Source: a virus
Length of the DNA: 64,000 nt
IMG/VR virus record: IMGVR_UViG_3300034418_007766
Location: 26,725-90,724 of that record
Reading direction: 5' to 3' (one strand)
Every line of letters starts with the position of its first letter. Position 1 is the stretch's first letter. Shown in pieces: positions 1 through 9,829 of the stretch. The translations under genes and the position numbers were made by a program. Under the pieces are notes generated by a model. It made no database searches, had not been told where the DNA came from, and was given only the letters and a program-made list of their open reading frames with translations.

Positions 1-125
1 AAATTGCCTTTACGTTGCAATTCTGTTCTGAATATATGTGCCAATTGCGAACGCATTGAAACCTTATATAGATATTTGCCATAGTGTAATTTTTTTGTTT
101 CAAATTTCTTCACAGATGTGTGCAT
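1..125 (-). CDS. hypothetical protein, runs off window edge (MHTSVKKFETKKLHYGKYLYK...)
   Basis: Manual translation; ATG overlaps the 3' end of clpA and the frame is open to the window edge. Confidence 0.55.
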   Translation of the reverse strand, partial: MHTSVKKFETKKLHYGKYLYKVSMRSQLAHIFRTELQRKGN

Positions 126-2352
126 TGGTTTCCAGTTCAATTTTATCTGTATATTTAATTGTAATACTACCACCGTTTTTCAAATCGCCAAACAGTAATG
201 ATCTACTTAATGGGCGTTTTATTTCTTCGTCAATTACACGTTGTAAAGGTCTTGCACCCATTTTAGGATCAAATCCTTTATCTACCAAGTAATCTAATGC
301 TTCGTCAGTAACACAAATTTTCACATTTTTATTCTTAACTTGATCACGTAATTCGGCAAGGAACTTACCAACAATTTTCATCATTACTTCTTTGCCAAGT
401 TTAGCAAATGTAATTACACCGTCAAGTCTATTTCTAAATTCAGGCTTGAAGTATTCTTTCATGCTAGTATCTTCGTATTCTTTTGCAAGTGATTGTGTAA
501 ATCCAATATTATTTTTTTCTGCTTCTTGCGCACCCAAGTTTGTAGTTAGGATAAGCACACAATTACGTGCATCTGCTTCTTTACCATTGCTGCCTGTCAC
601 CATACCATTATCCATAAGTTGTAGCAACACTGCTGCAACGTCTGGGTGAGCTTTTTCAATTTCATCTAACAGCAATACACAGTTAGGATTTTCTTGTAAT
701 TTTACAATCAACTGTCCTGCATCATCTTCAAAGCCAACATAGCCTGGAGGTGCACCAATAAACTTAGCAACTGAATGTTTCTCTTGATATTCTGTCATAT
801 CAAATCGCACTAGTTGCACTCCAAGATGATGTGCTAATTGTTTAGCTGTTTCTGTTTTACCTGTGCCTGTTGGACCCATAAACACAAAACTGCCAATTGG
901 TTTATTGTCTGGTTTTAATCCAGCTTGTGCTACAAGTATTTTATCCACTAGACTTTCGATTGCTTTGTCTTGTCCAAAGATGCTACCCTTCATATTCTTT
1001 TCAAGATGTGCAAGATTTTCTGTTTCTCTTTCAGCAACTTGTTCTTCAGGTATTTTAACCATTTTAGCAAGTTCATATTGAATGTTTTCTTCTTTAATAA
1101 TCAGATTTTCAGTTTGATTTTTGACCTTAAATCTACTTGCAGCAACATCAATCAAATCAATTGCTTTGTCTGGTAATTTTTTATCTGGTTGATACTTTAC
1201 ACTTAATTTAACACTTGAGTTGATTGCTTCATCTGTAATTTGCACATTGTGAAATTCTTCGTAATATCCCTTAATACCATGTAAAATTTCAATTGTAGTT
1301 TCTTCACTTGGTTCATCAATGCTTACACGTTGAAATCTACGCATCAATGCACGATCTTTTTCAAAGTATTTTCTATACTCTTCCCAAGTTGTGCTTGCAA
1401 CTACTTTTAGGTTACCTTTGCTCAATGCTGGTTTTAACAAGTTAGCAAGATCGTTTGAACTATTACTGCCACCGGCGCCAGCACCTGAAATCATATGTGC
1501 TTCGTCAATGAACATAATGGTCTTGCCTTTCTTTTGTAAACCAGCAAGCACTAATTTAAAACGTTCTTCAAAGTCCCCGCGATATTTTGAACCTGCAAGC
1601 ATGGCTCCAATGTCTAGTGCATAAACATTATACTCTTTTAGAAAGTCTGGTGTTTGTCCATTTACAATTTTCCATGCGAGGCCTTCTGCAATAGCAGTTT
1701 TACCAACACCTGGATCGCCTACCATAAGCACATTACTTTTAGTTCTGCGACCTAGTGCAAGTGCAACCATATCTAATTCGTCATGTCTACCAATCACAGG
1801 ATCAATTTTACCTGCTTTCACATCTGCATTTAAATCATAAGTAAATTGTCTAATAGCTTGATTTGCAGCACCAGCATTTTCCTGACTTTCGTAATCTTCT
1901 TCAGCATTTTCCGAAATGTTTACATATGCTTGGTAGTCTGATTTTTGTATGTTGGCTTGCTGCGCTAAGAAATATGCATAACTGCGCTTTTCACCGAGTA
2001 TGCTTAAAAATACGTCAGAAATTTCAATCCTGTTTCTACCTTGGAATAAAACTTGTGCAAATGCTCTATTCAAAACACGCTCAACTGTTTGTGTTTTCTT
2101 TGGTTTCCATTTTTTAGAAACATCATTCAAATCAATTTTGATAGTATCCAATTTTGTTTTAAGATAGTTTTCAAGATTATGTTTTAACAGTTTACTATCA
2201 GCACCAAAGTCTTCCATGTGTTGCTGAAAGTTTTCTTCGCAAAGCATTGCATATGTCAAATGCTCAAGTGTCACGTATTCGTGATTTAACTTTTTTGCAT
2301 CATTCACTGCTTTGTCAAAAACTGCTTGTAATTCTGTGCTAGGTTCTACCAT
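100..2352 (-). CDS. clpA: ATP-dependent Clp protease ATPase subunit, ClpA-like
   Basis: Clp N-domain, two AAA+ modules (GDPGVGKT, GPTGTGKT), IGF ClpP-docking loop, GARPL motif; no ClpB middle domain. Confidence 0.92.
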   Translation of the reverse strand: MVEPSTELQAVFDKAVNDAKKLNHEYVTLEHLTYAMLCEENFQQHMEDFGADSKLLKHNLENYLKTKLDTIKIDLNDVSKKWKPKKTQTVERVLNRAFAQVLFQGRNRIEISDVFLSILGEKRSYAYFLAQQANIQKSDYQAYVNISENAEEDYESQENAGAANQAIRQFTYDLNADVKAGKIDPVIGRHDELDMVALALGRRTKSNVLMVGDPGVGKTAIAEGLAWKIVNGQTPDFLKEYNVYALDIGAMLAGSKYRGDFEERFKLVLAGLQKKGKTIMFIDEAHMISGAGAGGSNSSNDLANLLKPALSKGNLKVVASTTWEEYRKYFEKDRALMRRFQRVSIDEPSEETTIEILHGIKGYYEEFHNVQITDEAINSSVKLSVKYQPDKKLPDKAIDLIDVAASRFKVKNQTENLIIKEENIQYELAKMVKIPEEQVAERETENLAHLEKNMKGSIFGQDKAIESLVDKILVAQAGLKPDNKPIGSFVFMGPTGTGKTETAKQLAHHLGVQLVRFDMTEYQEKHSVAKFIGAPPGYVGFEDDAGQLIVKLQENPNCVLLLDEIEKAHPDVAAVLLQLMDNGMVTGSNGKEADARNCVLILTTNLGAQEAEKNNIGFTQSLAKEYEDTSMKEYFKPEFRNRLDGVITFAKLGKEVMMKIVGKFLAELRDQVKNKNVKICVTDEALDYLVDKGFDPKMGARPLQRVIDEEIKRPLSRSLLFGDLKNGGSITIKYTDKIELETNAHICEEI

Positions 2353-2878
2353 TTCTGATTGCCTTTTTTATATCTTTAAGTCTTTTTTCTTCAGCTCTTT
2401 TTACTTTAAATTTACTAACTCTGTCAATAAATTGTATGCCATGCAAATGATCATATTCATGTAAAAAGATTCTTGCATCGATGTCATCAAGTTTCATCTC
2501 TACATTTATAACATCTTTATAGTCATTTGTCAAGGTATCAAATTCAACAATGCAACTAATTGGACGTCTTACTTTGATTATTAAACCCGGATGGCTTAAA
2601 CACCCTTCTGGACCTTGTTCAATTTCTTTACTTAGTCCTTTTATAATTGGATTCATAACAACCAAAGGGGAACCATATTTTTTATTTAGATATGTTTTCA
2701 TAACAAAAATTTGTGCAGGAAATCCAACTTGGTTTGCACTTAAACCTACCCCGCCATATTTGTTCATAACATCAATCATGTCTAAAGCGGTAGGAGCAGG
2801 GTGCCCAAAATAACTAGCTTCGAATTTATCCACTCCTTTTTCCAACATAGGATCAGGAGCCATTATTAAGTTCATCAT
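2339..2878 (-). CDS. def: peptide deformylase
   Basis: GVGLSANQVG, EGCLS and HEYDHLHG motifs. Confidence 0.95.
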   Translation of the reverse strand: MMNLIMAPDPMLEKGVDKFEASYFGHPAPTALDMIDVMNKYGGVGLSANQVGFPAQIFVMKTYLNKKYGSPLVVMNPIIKGLSKEIEQGPEGCLSHPGLIIKVRRPISCIVEFDTLTNDYKDVINVEMKLDDIDARIFLHEYDHLHGIQFIDRVSKFKVKRAEEKRLKDIKKAIRNGRT

Positions 2879-3662
2879 ATAAACGTTTTACCTTTTCTTC
2901 TTGTATAGTATTTAATTTAGGAAGTATTCCTTTTAAGTGTATATATAGGTTGCCAGTTCTACCAGCTCTTGGGTCTGGCATACCGTGTCCAGCTACACTT
3001 AATACTGTTCCTGGATTGGTTCCTTTAGGTATTGTAACACGTAAAGGACCTCCTGTCAACTTATCTATAATCATTGTTGTGCCTAGCATTAGATCAAACA
3101 CATCTACATCTAAATTTGTTCTTAAATTTCTTCCGTCTCTTTCAAATCTATTATGTGATAACACTCGAATTTGGACTAGTAAATCTCCTCTTGGAAGTTG
3201 TGGATGAGTAGCATCTCCTAATCCTTGAAATCTTATAACTTCCATGTCATTTACACCTGGGTGTATTCTAATACTTGCACTGCTTTCTCTACCATTACGC
3301 AATTTGTAAGTTGCTAATATATCTTTTCCTGTTGCAGCATCAGCAAGTGAAATTCTAATACCAATTTTTACATCTTGATTTCTTTGTTGTTGAGGGCGTG
3401 GACCTCTTCCAAACATAGCTTCAAATATGGTGTTCATATCTCCAGCATCAAATGTTTTAGTATTCATCCTTACTTGCGGATTGTCATACGCTTGACGTTT
3501 GTTAGGATCTTTCAGTGTTTCGTATGCTTCGTTTATTTGCGCAAACTTGCCACTGTCACCGCCGCGGTCAGGATGGTTAGCCATCGCTTGTTTGCGATAT
3601 GCTTTTTTAATTTCATCCTGACTTGCTTGTTTGTTGATACCCAGTATGCTGTAATAGTCCAT
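2853..3662 (-). CDS. DnaJ/CbpA-type co-chaperone without zinc finger
   Basis: J-domain with HPD motif plus DnaJ C-terminal domain. Confidence 0.92.
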   Translation of the reverse strand: MDYYSILGINKQASQDEIKKAYRKQAMANHPDRGGDSGKFAQINEAYETLKDPNKRQAYDNPQVRMNTKTFDAGDMNTIFEAMFGRGPRPQQQRNQDVKIGIRISLADAATGKDILATYKLRNGRESSASIRIHPGVNDMEVIRFQGLGDATHPQLPRGDLLVQIRVLSHNRFERDGRNLRTNLDVDVFDLMLGTTMIIDKLTGGPLRVTIPKGTNPGTVLSVAGHGMPDPRAGRTGNLYIHLKGILPKLNTIQEEKVKRLYDELNNGS

Positions 3663-3685
3663 ACTATTACTTATTTACTCAGGTA

Positions 3686-4057
3686 TTACTTCTTGCTAGT
3701 TCCGGCGTAAAGTCCAAACCATGCTGCTCCAGCACCTACAACCACACTGATTAGCCCTGATTGTTCCAGTGTTGGATCTGGCAGTTCCATATACCAAACT
3801 ACACATCTGTATAACAAGTAAATGTATGTTGAGATAAAGATACGTGGAAAGATTCTCCAAGCATCTACAGCCCTTGCTAGGTGTATTACTTTAGCATAAG
3901 GATTAGGTCCTAGGTCTTTTACACTTGTATCTACTTCTAGGTCTAGTTTTACTTTTTTGGTAGCTGTTGTGCTACTTGCTGGAACTACAACTTCAGCGTC
4001 TGCTTCTGTTTCTTCTACTGGTGCTGCGTCCAAGTCTTCAAGTTTTCTTCTTGGCAT
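3686..4057 (-). CDS. two-TM membrane protein, holin candidate
   Basis: Two C-terminal hydrophobic helices; lies in the lysis cluster. Confidence 0.5.
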   Translation of the reverse strand: MPRRKLEDLDAAPVEETEADAEVVVPASSTTATKKVKLDLEVDTSVKDLGPNPYAKVIHLARAVDAWRIFPRIFISTYIYLLYRCVVWYMELPDPTLEQSGLISVVVGAGAAWFGLYAGTSKK

Positions 4058-4334
4058 TCTTACCCTCCAATTTGTCTAGTCTTGCCTCAATTGAATCTAT
4101 CTTTGCTGTGATCTTTGGATACTTTTTACGCCATGCGTCTTCGGGCTGTTCTAGCCATGTTAGTCCCCAACGTTCTACAAGATAATCTATCGCTTTGTCT
4201 ACTTGGGCATAACCCCATAGACCTATTCGTGTTGTGCTGATATATGCGACAAATATAGCACCAAATACGGAGCCTGCTAGTGCCGTGTAAATCCACAGCC
4301 TATCACTGGCCATCCTTTCTAACATTTCCCACAT
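4038..4334 (-). CDS. hypothetical membrane protein
   Basis: N-terminal TM helix and C-terminal coiled coil; lysis cluster. Confidence 0.6.
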   Translation of the reverse strand: MWEMLERMASDRLWIYTALAGSVFGAIFVAYISTTRIGLWGYAQVDKAIDYLVERWGLTWLEQPEDAWRKKYPKITAKIDSIEARLDKLEGKNAKKKT

Positions 4335-4869
4335 TTATTTCGCCCTCTATTAACTGTGTGTATTTATACCTACGTATGCCTAAAGCATCACTTGGATTGT
4401 AGAAGTCATATCTTACTTCGTTGCTTTGATTGCCGCCAAGTATTATCCAACGCCCGTCTTCTTCTGCTATAAAAAATCCAACGTGTCCTTTCCAACCTTC
4501 GTTGCCTCTTGGAAATATCACAACATCTCCACGTTGTATATCTTCTGGATTCACAGGTTCTCCCCACTCGAGAAAACTACGTGCCATAAGTGGAACATCA
4601 CTTACACTTTCACTACCTGGTATACCGTCTAGTTCGAGCACAGCATTAACAAATGCCGCACACCATTCCGTGTTTACAGGATCGACTCCTACAAACTCTC
4701 TTATTTGTTTTCTATTCTGATATTCATTAAGCCCAATATAATCATGAGCTGTGCTTACTGGATCTGGAAGTTGTGATGCGTTACATCCGACTAGGGTTGC
4801 AAAAAAACTAATTGTCCACAATGACTGCTTTATCAAGTGCTTGTTCTGCCTCCTTGTAGTAGCCTTCAT
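4303..4869 (-). CDS. TIGR02594/CHAP-like cysteine peptidoglycan hydrolase, possible lipoprotein
   Basis: WCAAFVN, GHVGF and LGGNQ motifs; LVGC lipobox; start uncertain. Confidence 0.8.
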   Translation of the reverse strand: MKATTRRQNKHLIKQSLWTISFFATLVGCNASQLPDPVSTAHDYIGLNEYQNRKQIREFVGVDPVNTEWCAAFVNAVLELDGIPGSESVSDVPLMARSFLEWGEPVNPEDIQRGDVVIFPRGNEGWKGHVGFFIAEEDGRWIILGGNQSNEVRYDFYNPSDALGIRRYKYTQLIEGEINVGNVRKDGQ

Positions 4870-5200
4870 ATGCTGCTATGATTGCTTGCTGCTGCTGAAC
4901 CAATGCTCTAATGTCAGAGAAGTTCAAACTCAAATTACCATAACCATCACCTGTGAGTGCGTATAATGCAAATGCTTTACCTTCACTTTGTAGTTTAGCA
5001 ATAACTTGATCTACGTTTGCTTCGTTAATAACAATCCATTCAACTGTTTTCATGTTAAGTTCGTCAACTGGAGGTAAAACCAGTGTTGGTTTTTCAACAG
5101 GTTTTGTGCTAATTTCAATCTGCTGGGGTTGGGTCGAGCAGGCCGCGAGACTTATAAGTATCGTAAAGCCAAGGACACTCTTTGTTAAAAGCGATGCCAT
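4808..5200 (-). CDS. o-spanin (Rz1-like) lipoprotein
   Basis: LAAC lipobox, Pro-rich segment, overlaps the i-spanin 3' end. Confidence 0.7.
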   Translation of the reverse strand: MASLLTKSVLGFTILISLAACSTQPQQIEISTKPVEKPTLVLPPVDELNMKTVEWIVINEANVDQVIAKLQSEGKAFALYALTGDGYGNLSLNFSDIRALVQQQQAIIAAYEGYYKEAEQALDKAVIVDN

Positions 5201-5603
5201 TTTGTGCTGTCCTTTCTTTTTCAGTTAATTCTGCCCCCGATAGAAGTTCAAAACATCTACCAGCATTTAAAGTGCCTCTGTTTACTGCACGTTCAATGCC
5301 TTCAGCATTTGCGATTGCCGCTGCTGTCAAATCAATTTGTTGCAGTTTGTCTGCTAGTTGTTGATTTTGTCTGCGTATAGCAGTGTATGCTTCGTTTAAA
5401 CTTGCAAGTTCGCTAGATGCGTTTGCGTAATCCTTCTCTAGCGAACTTATAGTTTGTTCGTTTAATTCAACTGCGGTGTTTAGTTTTGCATTGTTTTCTT
5501 GTAGGATAGCCATACGTGCTTGTGTATCGTTATAATACCAATAACCTATACCTCCTGCTCCTAAGAGCAGCATAAACATAACAATAGCTAACTTGGCACC
5601 CAT
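5115..5603 (-). CDS. i-spanin (Rz-like)
   Basis: N-terminal TM, long coiled coil, directly downstream of the endolysin. Confidence 0.7.
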   Translation of the reverse strand: MGAKLAIVMFMLLLGAGGIGYWYYNDTQARMAILQENNAKLNTAVELNEQTISSLEKDYANASSELASLNEAYTAIRRQNQQLADKLQQIDLTAAAIANAEGIERAVNRGTLNAGRCFELLSGAELTEKERTAQNGIAFNKECPWLYDTYKSRGLLDPTPAD

Positions 5604-5605
5604 GC

Positions 5606-6463
5606 CTACCCCAATAACTTTCCCAATGTTTTTGGACCAACAATACCGTCAGCTGTTAAACCATTTCTTTCTTGCCATCTCATTACCTGACGTTCTGTGC
5701 CTGGTCCGAAGATACCGTCTGCTGGTGCTATGCCAAGTTTCTCTTGAACTTCGGCAACCAATGGTCCTTTACTGCCTTTGCGTATAGTTTGATTTAGATT
5801 AAGCTCTTTTTCTTCTGGTGCTTCAAAGTCACCACCTAATACATCCATAGCATGTAGGTAATGCTTCTTACGATCATCTAGTCCAATAGTTCCACCGTTA
5901 ATGCGTTTTGTAGCACCAACAATATCCATATCGTCACACCATTTGTTTAGATTGTTTGTATCCCAAAACCAACAAGCACTGTCTAACGCACCTTTTTTGG
6001 TGCGCACATAATCTACTGCTTCTTCAGCTGTCATTTCTACTGCTTCTGCAAATTTTGTGTAGTTGTATCTACCAGTAAGCTGAAGTATGCCGCCTCCGCG
6101 GAAACGCCAGCCATCACCGCTTTCTGGACCTCCGTTGTCCATACGGTTTGCATAAATGACATTAGCAATTTTTTCAGGTTGTCTGTGATATTCATTTGCG
6201 TCTCTTCCTGCTCTTTTAAAATACTTAGGGAAAATTGAATTAAGTGCTTGTGCGCTGTAATTTAAGTTTTCGCTTAAAACTCTAAATCCGCCACTTTCAT
6301 GTCCACACTGTGCAATAAACATTGCTACTCTTTCTACAGTATCAATTTCCCATAGTGGAAGTATTTCACACATTGCTTCATACCATTCTTTCCAATCGTT
6401 CCTATTGACAAGTTCTCTAGCCATGTCTGGCTCAAAGTTAAATTTGAAATGCTCTTTACCCAT
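5606..6463 (-). CDS. endolysin, glycoside hydrolase family 19 with C-terminal peptidoglycan-binding domain
   Basis: FIAQCGHES, FRGGGILQLTGRYNY, INGG motifs; PG_binding_1 repeats DGIFGPGT / DGIVGPKT. Confidence 0.9.
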   Translation of the reverse strand: MGKEHFKFNFEPDMARELVNRNDWKEWYEAMCEILPLWEIDTVERVAMFIAQCGHESGGFRVLSENLNYSAQALNSIFPKYFKRAGRDANEYHRQPEKIANVIYANRMDNGGPESGDGWRFRGGGILQLTGRYNYTKFAEAVEMTAEEAVDYVRTKKGALDSACWFWDTNNLNKWCDDMDIVGATKRINGGTIGLDDRKKHYLHAMDVLGGDFEAPEEKELNLNQTIRKGSKGPLVAEVQEKLGIAPADGIFGPGTERQVMRWQERNGLTADGIVGPKTLGKLLG

Positions 6464-6632
6464 GTTGATGTTCCTTCTGTTGTGGGGTGCAGTTGTCGCA
6501 TCTGCAGGTGTTACATATTTTTGTTATAGTTGGCGACTCTTCTGATCCAGGTGTGCGTTCTAATGACATATATTGTGATTCACCACAATGTGACGTCCGA
6601 CCGCAATTTTGACAGTATATATATGGTATCAT
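6456..6632 (-). CDS. 58-aa Cys-rich microprotein (not in ORF track)
   Basis: MIPYIYCQNCGRTSHC...ICNTCRCDNC...; ATGA overlap upstream and overlap with the endolysin start. Confidence 0.7.
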   Translation of the reverse strand: MIPYIYCQNCGRTSHCGESQYMSLERTPGSEESPTITKICNTCRCDNCTPQQKEHQHG

Positions 6633-7342
6633 ATTCTCTCGACTACTAGTGTATATCCTCTATTTTCTAAAGTTATCGTTTTTGTGCCAAATTTTGTTAT
6701 ATTATAATTACCTAAATATTTTGTAAGATACATTGTTTCTGCAAAATCGTTAATATTAATTTTGTCTTCAATACTTTCTACAATATCTGTTGTTTTCCCA
6801 AAGTCTTTAACTTCAAATCCTAATGGATCTGCATAAATCTTTTTAATTACTAAGTCATTTTCATCCATAAAAATTTCTTCAACAAAACTATTGCTAAAAA
6901 AGTTTTTGAAATTATTCATATTAGATTCATTTACAAGTTCATCATAGGATTCTTTATCTACTGGGACGGTTGCTGTTAATGACTCTAGTGTAGCTGCTTG
7001 AGGCTTAAATGCTTTGTAGTATCTATAAGTAAACGGCTTACCAGTTAGCCTACTTACACCGTCTACCAATTCCATTATTTGTTCTGGAACTTTTTGATCA
7101 CGTTCAATTTCTACAAATACTCTATAGTAGCCATCACTCTGTTCACCAGAAGTTGCATCTGCATCTAAAACAAAGCTGTATCCGCCTTCAATAAATTTTA
7201 CCAAATCGTCTGCTGCTGCTTTTTCAGTTACATTAAAACTAACAACACAAATATCTTGATCGCTACCCATTTTGCTTTTGTAGCTATCTACTTCAAACAT
7301 AGGAACCACTAGGTCAATTAAATCTTTTTCTCTTAACCCCAT
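6629..7342 (-). CDS. hypothetical phage protein
   Basis: 237-aa ORF, translationally coupled to neighbours. Confidence 0.75.
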   Translation of the reverse strand: MGLREKDLIDLVVPMFEVDSYKSKMGSDQDICVVSFNVTEKAAADDLVKFIEGGYSFVLDADATSGEQSDGYYRVFVEIERDQKVPEQIMELVDGVSRLTGKPFTYRYYKAFKPQAATLESLTATVPVDKESYDELVNESNMNNFKNFFSNSFVEEIFMDENDLVIKKIYADPLGFEVKDFGKTTDIVESIEDKININDFAETMYLTKYLGNYNITKFGTKTITLENRGYTLVVERI

Positions 7343-7851
7343 TATTCTAATTCCCCTGCTTCTGGTGCTTCTGCAGGCTGTGCTGCTGCATCAACTTGCT
7401 GAGTAGTATCTTTTACATCTAAATCCTCAAAACTAGCACCATAAAGATCAGCCAACAGTTTTTTGGGCATCTTTACTTCTACGACCCAAATAGGATGTCT
7501 ATCTAATTTGCCAAGTTTTGTTCCTGGACGAATATCTTCAGGCTTCATAATTTTTCTTGGTTTGAGCAAGCTGCTACGTTGGTAACCGATTTTACAATCA
7601 TAATCTAATAATCTTTTTGCTCCGTCTGGGTCTGGCATTTTTTCTTTTGGCCAAAAGAATTTAGCAGTTACCCAATGACGATCAATAGTCGGACCTTCAC
7701 CTAGTTCGCCATCTTCCCAATTTTTGTAAACATAGATGTCAAGCTCGTCTAAAACACGCTCAAAATCTTTAAGCACATTAAATGCATTATCACTTTCATA
7801 AATGCTTTCTATATTTTTAATTACATCTAGTTCGTCTAAAATATTGGCCAT
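7342..7851 (-). CDS. hypothetical phage protein
   Basis: 169-aa ORF downstream of TAAATA at 7880-7885. Confidence 0.75.
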   Translation of the reverse strand: MANILDELDVIKNIESIYESDNAFNVLKDFERVLDELDIYVYKNWEDGELGEGPTIDRHWVTAKFFWPKEKMPDPDGAKRLLDYDCKIGYQRSSLLKPRKIMKPEDIRPGTKLGKLDRHPIWVVEVKMPKKLLADLYGASFEDLDVKDTTQQVDAAAQPAEAPEAGELE

Positions 7852-7879
7852 GGTTTCCCCGTCTATAATTTGTTACAGT

Positions 7880-7925
7880 TATTTATCGCTTTTTACTACT
7901 AATAACATGAGTTTGAGACTAAATA
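7880..7925. promoter_or_regulatory. divergent pair of T4-like late promoters (TAAATA)
   Basis: TAAATA at 7880-7885 (minus) and 7920-7925 (plus) between divergent genes; the motif recurs before many genes. Confidence 0.6.
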
Positions 7926-7985
7926 CATTTGCAGGGAGTCCTGCAAAGGTTATCCCTGTTGCATATCTCAATACAGGAGGACTTA

Positions 7986-8705
7986 ATGGGAAAAGCGAAA
8001 GCAAAGCGCCAAGCACATATCACTAACAACGTAGTTAAACTGAATAATTTCCTGCCTCAAAAGTCACGATACGTAAAAATACTTCCAAGAAATCGAAGCC
8101 AAGAACAATACATCCTTGAGTTAATGGACCGGAACAAAGACATAGTCTTCGGTATAGGTCCTGCCGGCACAGGTAAAACTCTATTGGCATGTCAGGCGGC
8201 TGTTAAAGAATTTCTTGATGGTAATGTAGAACGTATTGTTGTTACTAGACCAGCAGTTAGTGCTGATGAGGACCTTGGATTTTTACCAGGAACACTAGAA
8301 GAAAAAATGGCACCTTGGACAAGGCCTATATTTGATGTGTTTCGAGAATATTTTTATGCTAACGAAATTGAGGGCATGATACGTGAAGGTGTAATCGAAA
8401 TATCACCACTTGCATATATGCGTGGAAGAACTTTCAAAAATAGTTTCATAATTGCAGACGAAATGCAAAATGCTACACCAAACCAAATGAAGATGTTGCT
8501 AACTAGAATTGGCACAGGAAGTCAAATGGTAGTGACTGGTGATTTAGCACAAGCAGATAGACTGAAAGATAACGGACTAATTGACTTTATTAATCATTTA
8601 GAGTCACGTGAAAGTAAACATATTTCAGCTGTTAATTTTCATAAAGGAGATATAGAGAGACACGAAGCTGTAAAAGAGGTTTTAGAAGTTTACGGAGACG
8701 ATTAA
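7986..8705 (+). CDS. phoH: PhoH-like ATPase
   Basis: GPAGTGKT, LGFLPG, YMRGRT, DEMQN, GDLAQ motifs; AGGAGG RBS before ATG 7986. Confidence 0.95.
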   Translation: MGKAKAKRQAHITNNVVKLNNFLPQKSRYVKILPRNRSQEQYILELMDRNKDIVFGIGPAGTGKTLLACQAAVKEFLDGNVERIVVTRPAVSADEDLGFLPGTLEEKMAPWTRPIFDVFREYFYANEIEGMIREGVIEISPLAYMRGRTFKNSFIIADEMQNATPNQMKMLLTRIGTGSQMVVTGDLAQADRLKDNGLIDFINHLESRESKHISAVNFHKGDIERHEAVKEVLEVYGDD

Positions 8706-8962
8706 ACTCTAACACTCTTAAAAGCGATAGGGTGAGAATTATATTTCTCACCCTGTTTTAACAACATCAAAAGATACTCATTTTTTGTATAAGTGAGTTT
8801 CCAACTACTTTCTTTAATAGGCGGGCGTCCCATTGCGTCATAAAATATTTCGCCTCGCCAATATGTCGTTAACCAAATACGCTTTTTACTCCAACTACTA
8901 CGTGTTGGCCACCATGCGTAATATTGATTCCATTCAATTTCTATTTCAACTGTTGGCGGCAT
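8702..8962 (-). CDS. hypothetical Trp-rich protein
   Basis: ORF filling the gap to phoH; start uncertain. Confidence 0.55.
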   Translation of the reverse strand: MPPTVEIEIEWNQYYAWWPTRSSWSKKRIWLTTYWRGEIFYDAMGRPPIKESSWKLTYTKNEYLLMLLKQGEKYNSHPIAFKSVRV

Positions 8963-9162
8963 ACGTCCTCCCACCATCGAATAGTCCATACCATTGCTTC
9001 TTTTTCACAAGTAAAACTAAAGTATCCTTTGCCATCTTCGTGTCCCCAAGCCCACGGATGCTTACAATGTAATTCTGTCCATTTAAGAACATAATCCATA
9101 ATAGCATCACGTGGGAGAACTACATCGTGATCAAAGTGCTTATTATAATTTGGATAAGCCAT
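8941..9162 (-). CDS. hypothetical protein
   Basis: Likely start MAYPN overlapping the thyX end. Confidence 0.55.
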   Translation of the reverse strand: MAYPNYNKHFDHDVVLPRDAIMDYVLKWTELHCKHPWAWGHEDGKGYFSFTCEKEAMVWTIRWWEDVCRQQLK

Positions 9163-9829
9163 TTGCCATTGGAAAAATTTCTGCGATGACTTTAGCACAC
9201 TGGACAGCGATTTCCATGTGTTCTTTTTGTGTTCCATTTGCACCTCTTAATTCAATATAATGTATCCAGCTACGCAAACTACCATTCATATACAATCTTG
9301 TTTTTGTAAGTCCTTCCGGTAACACAGCTCTAGCTTGCTCTTTCGCAATGCCATTCTCAATAGCCCAGTTATAGGCATCTTGTGCTGCTCTAATGACTTC
9401 ACCTTGTTTGCTATCCCACATCATTTGTAGACGTTCGTCATCTGTTTCAATTGAATTTTGTCTATTTTTATTGTCTTGTAAACGTGCTTCACGCTTAACA
9501 AACATGTCGCCCATTTCTTGTGGATTTGCATAACGCTGACTAAACTCTTGGAACGCAAAACTACGATGACGCACAATTTGGTGTGCAATATCTCTTGTAG
9601 TATCAATCTCCATACATACGTTAACCATTTCCAGTGGGCTCCAGTGGGCATGTTTGATCAAATACTTAACAAGTTTTTCACTTGTTTCTGAATTCATTTG
9701 ATTTGCAGGATTTGAAACCCTAGCACAATATGCTACAAGATCTAGCAGATTATTATCTTTAATGCCTTCTTTTACAAATTCTTCTGTTGCTTTTGTGTAA
9801 CTTACTAATCTAATCATTATTTTCCTCAT
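9143..9829 (-). CDS. thyX: flavin-dependent thymidylate synthase
   Basis: HWSPLE and RHRSFAFQEFSQR ThyX motif. Confidence 0.95.
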   Translation of the reverse strand: MRKIMIRLVSYTKATEEFVKEGIKDNNLLDLVAYCARVSNPANQMNSETSEKLVKYLIKHAHWSPLEMVNVCMEIDTTRDIAHQIVRHRSFAFQEFSQRYANPQEMGDMFVKREARLQDNKNRQNSIETDDERLQMMWDSKQGEVIRAAQDAYNWAIENGIAKEQARAVLPEGLTKTRLYMNGSLRSWIHYIELRGANGTQKEHMEIAVQCAKVIAEIFPMANGLSKL

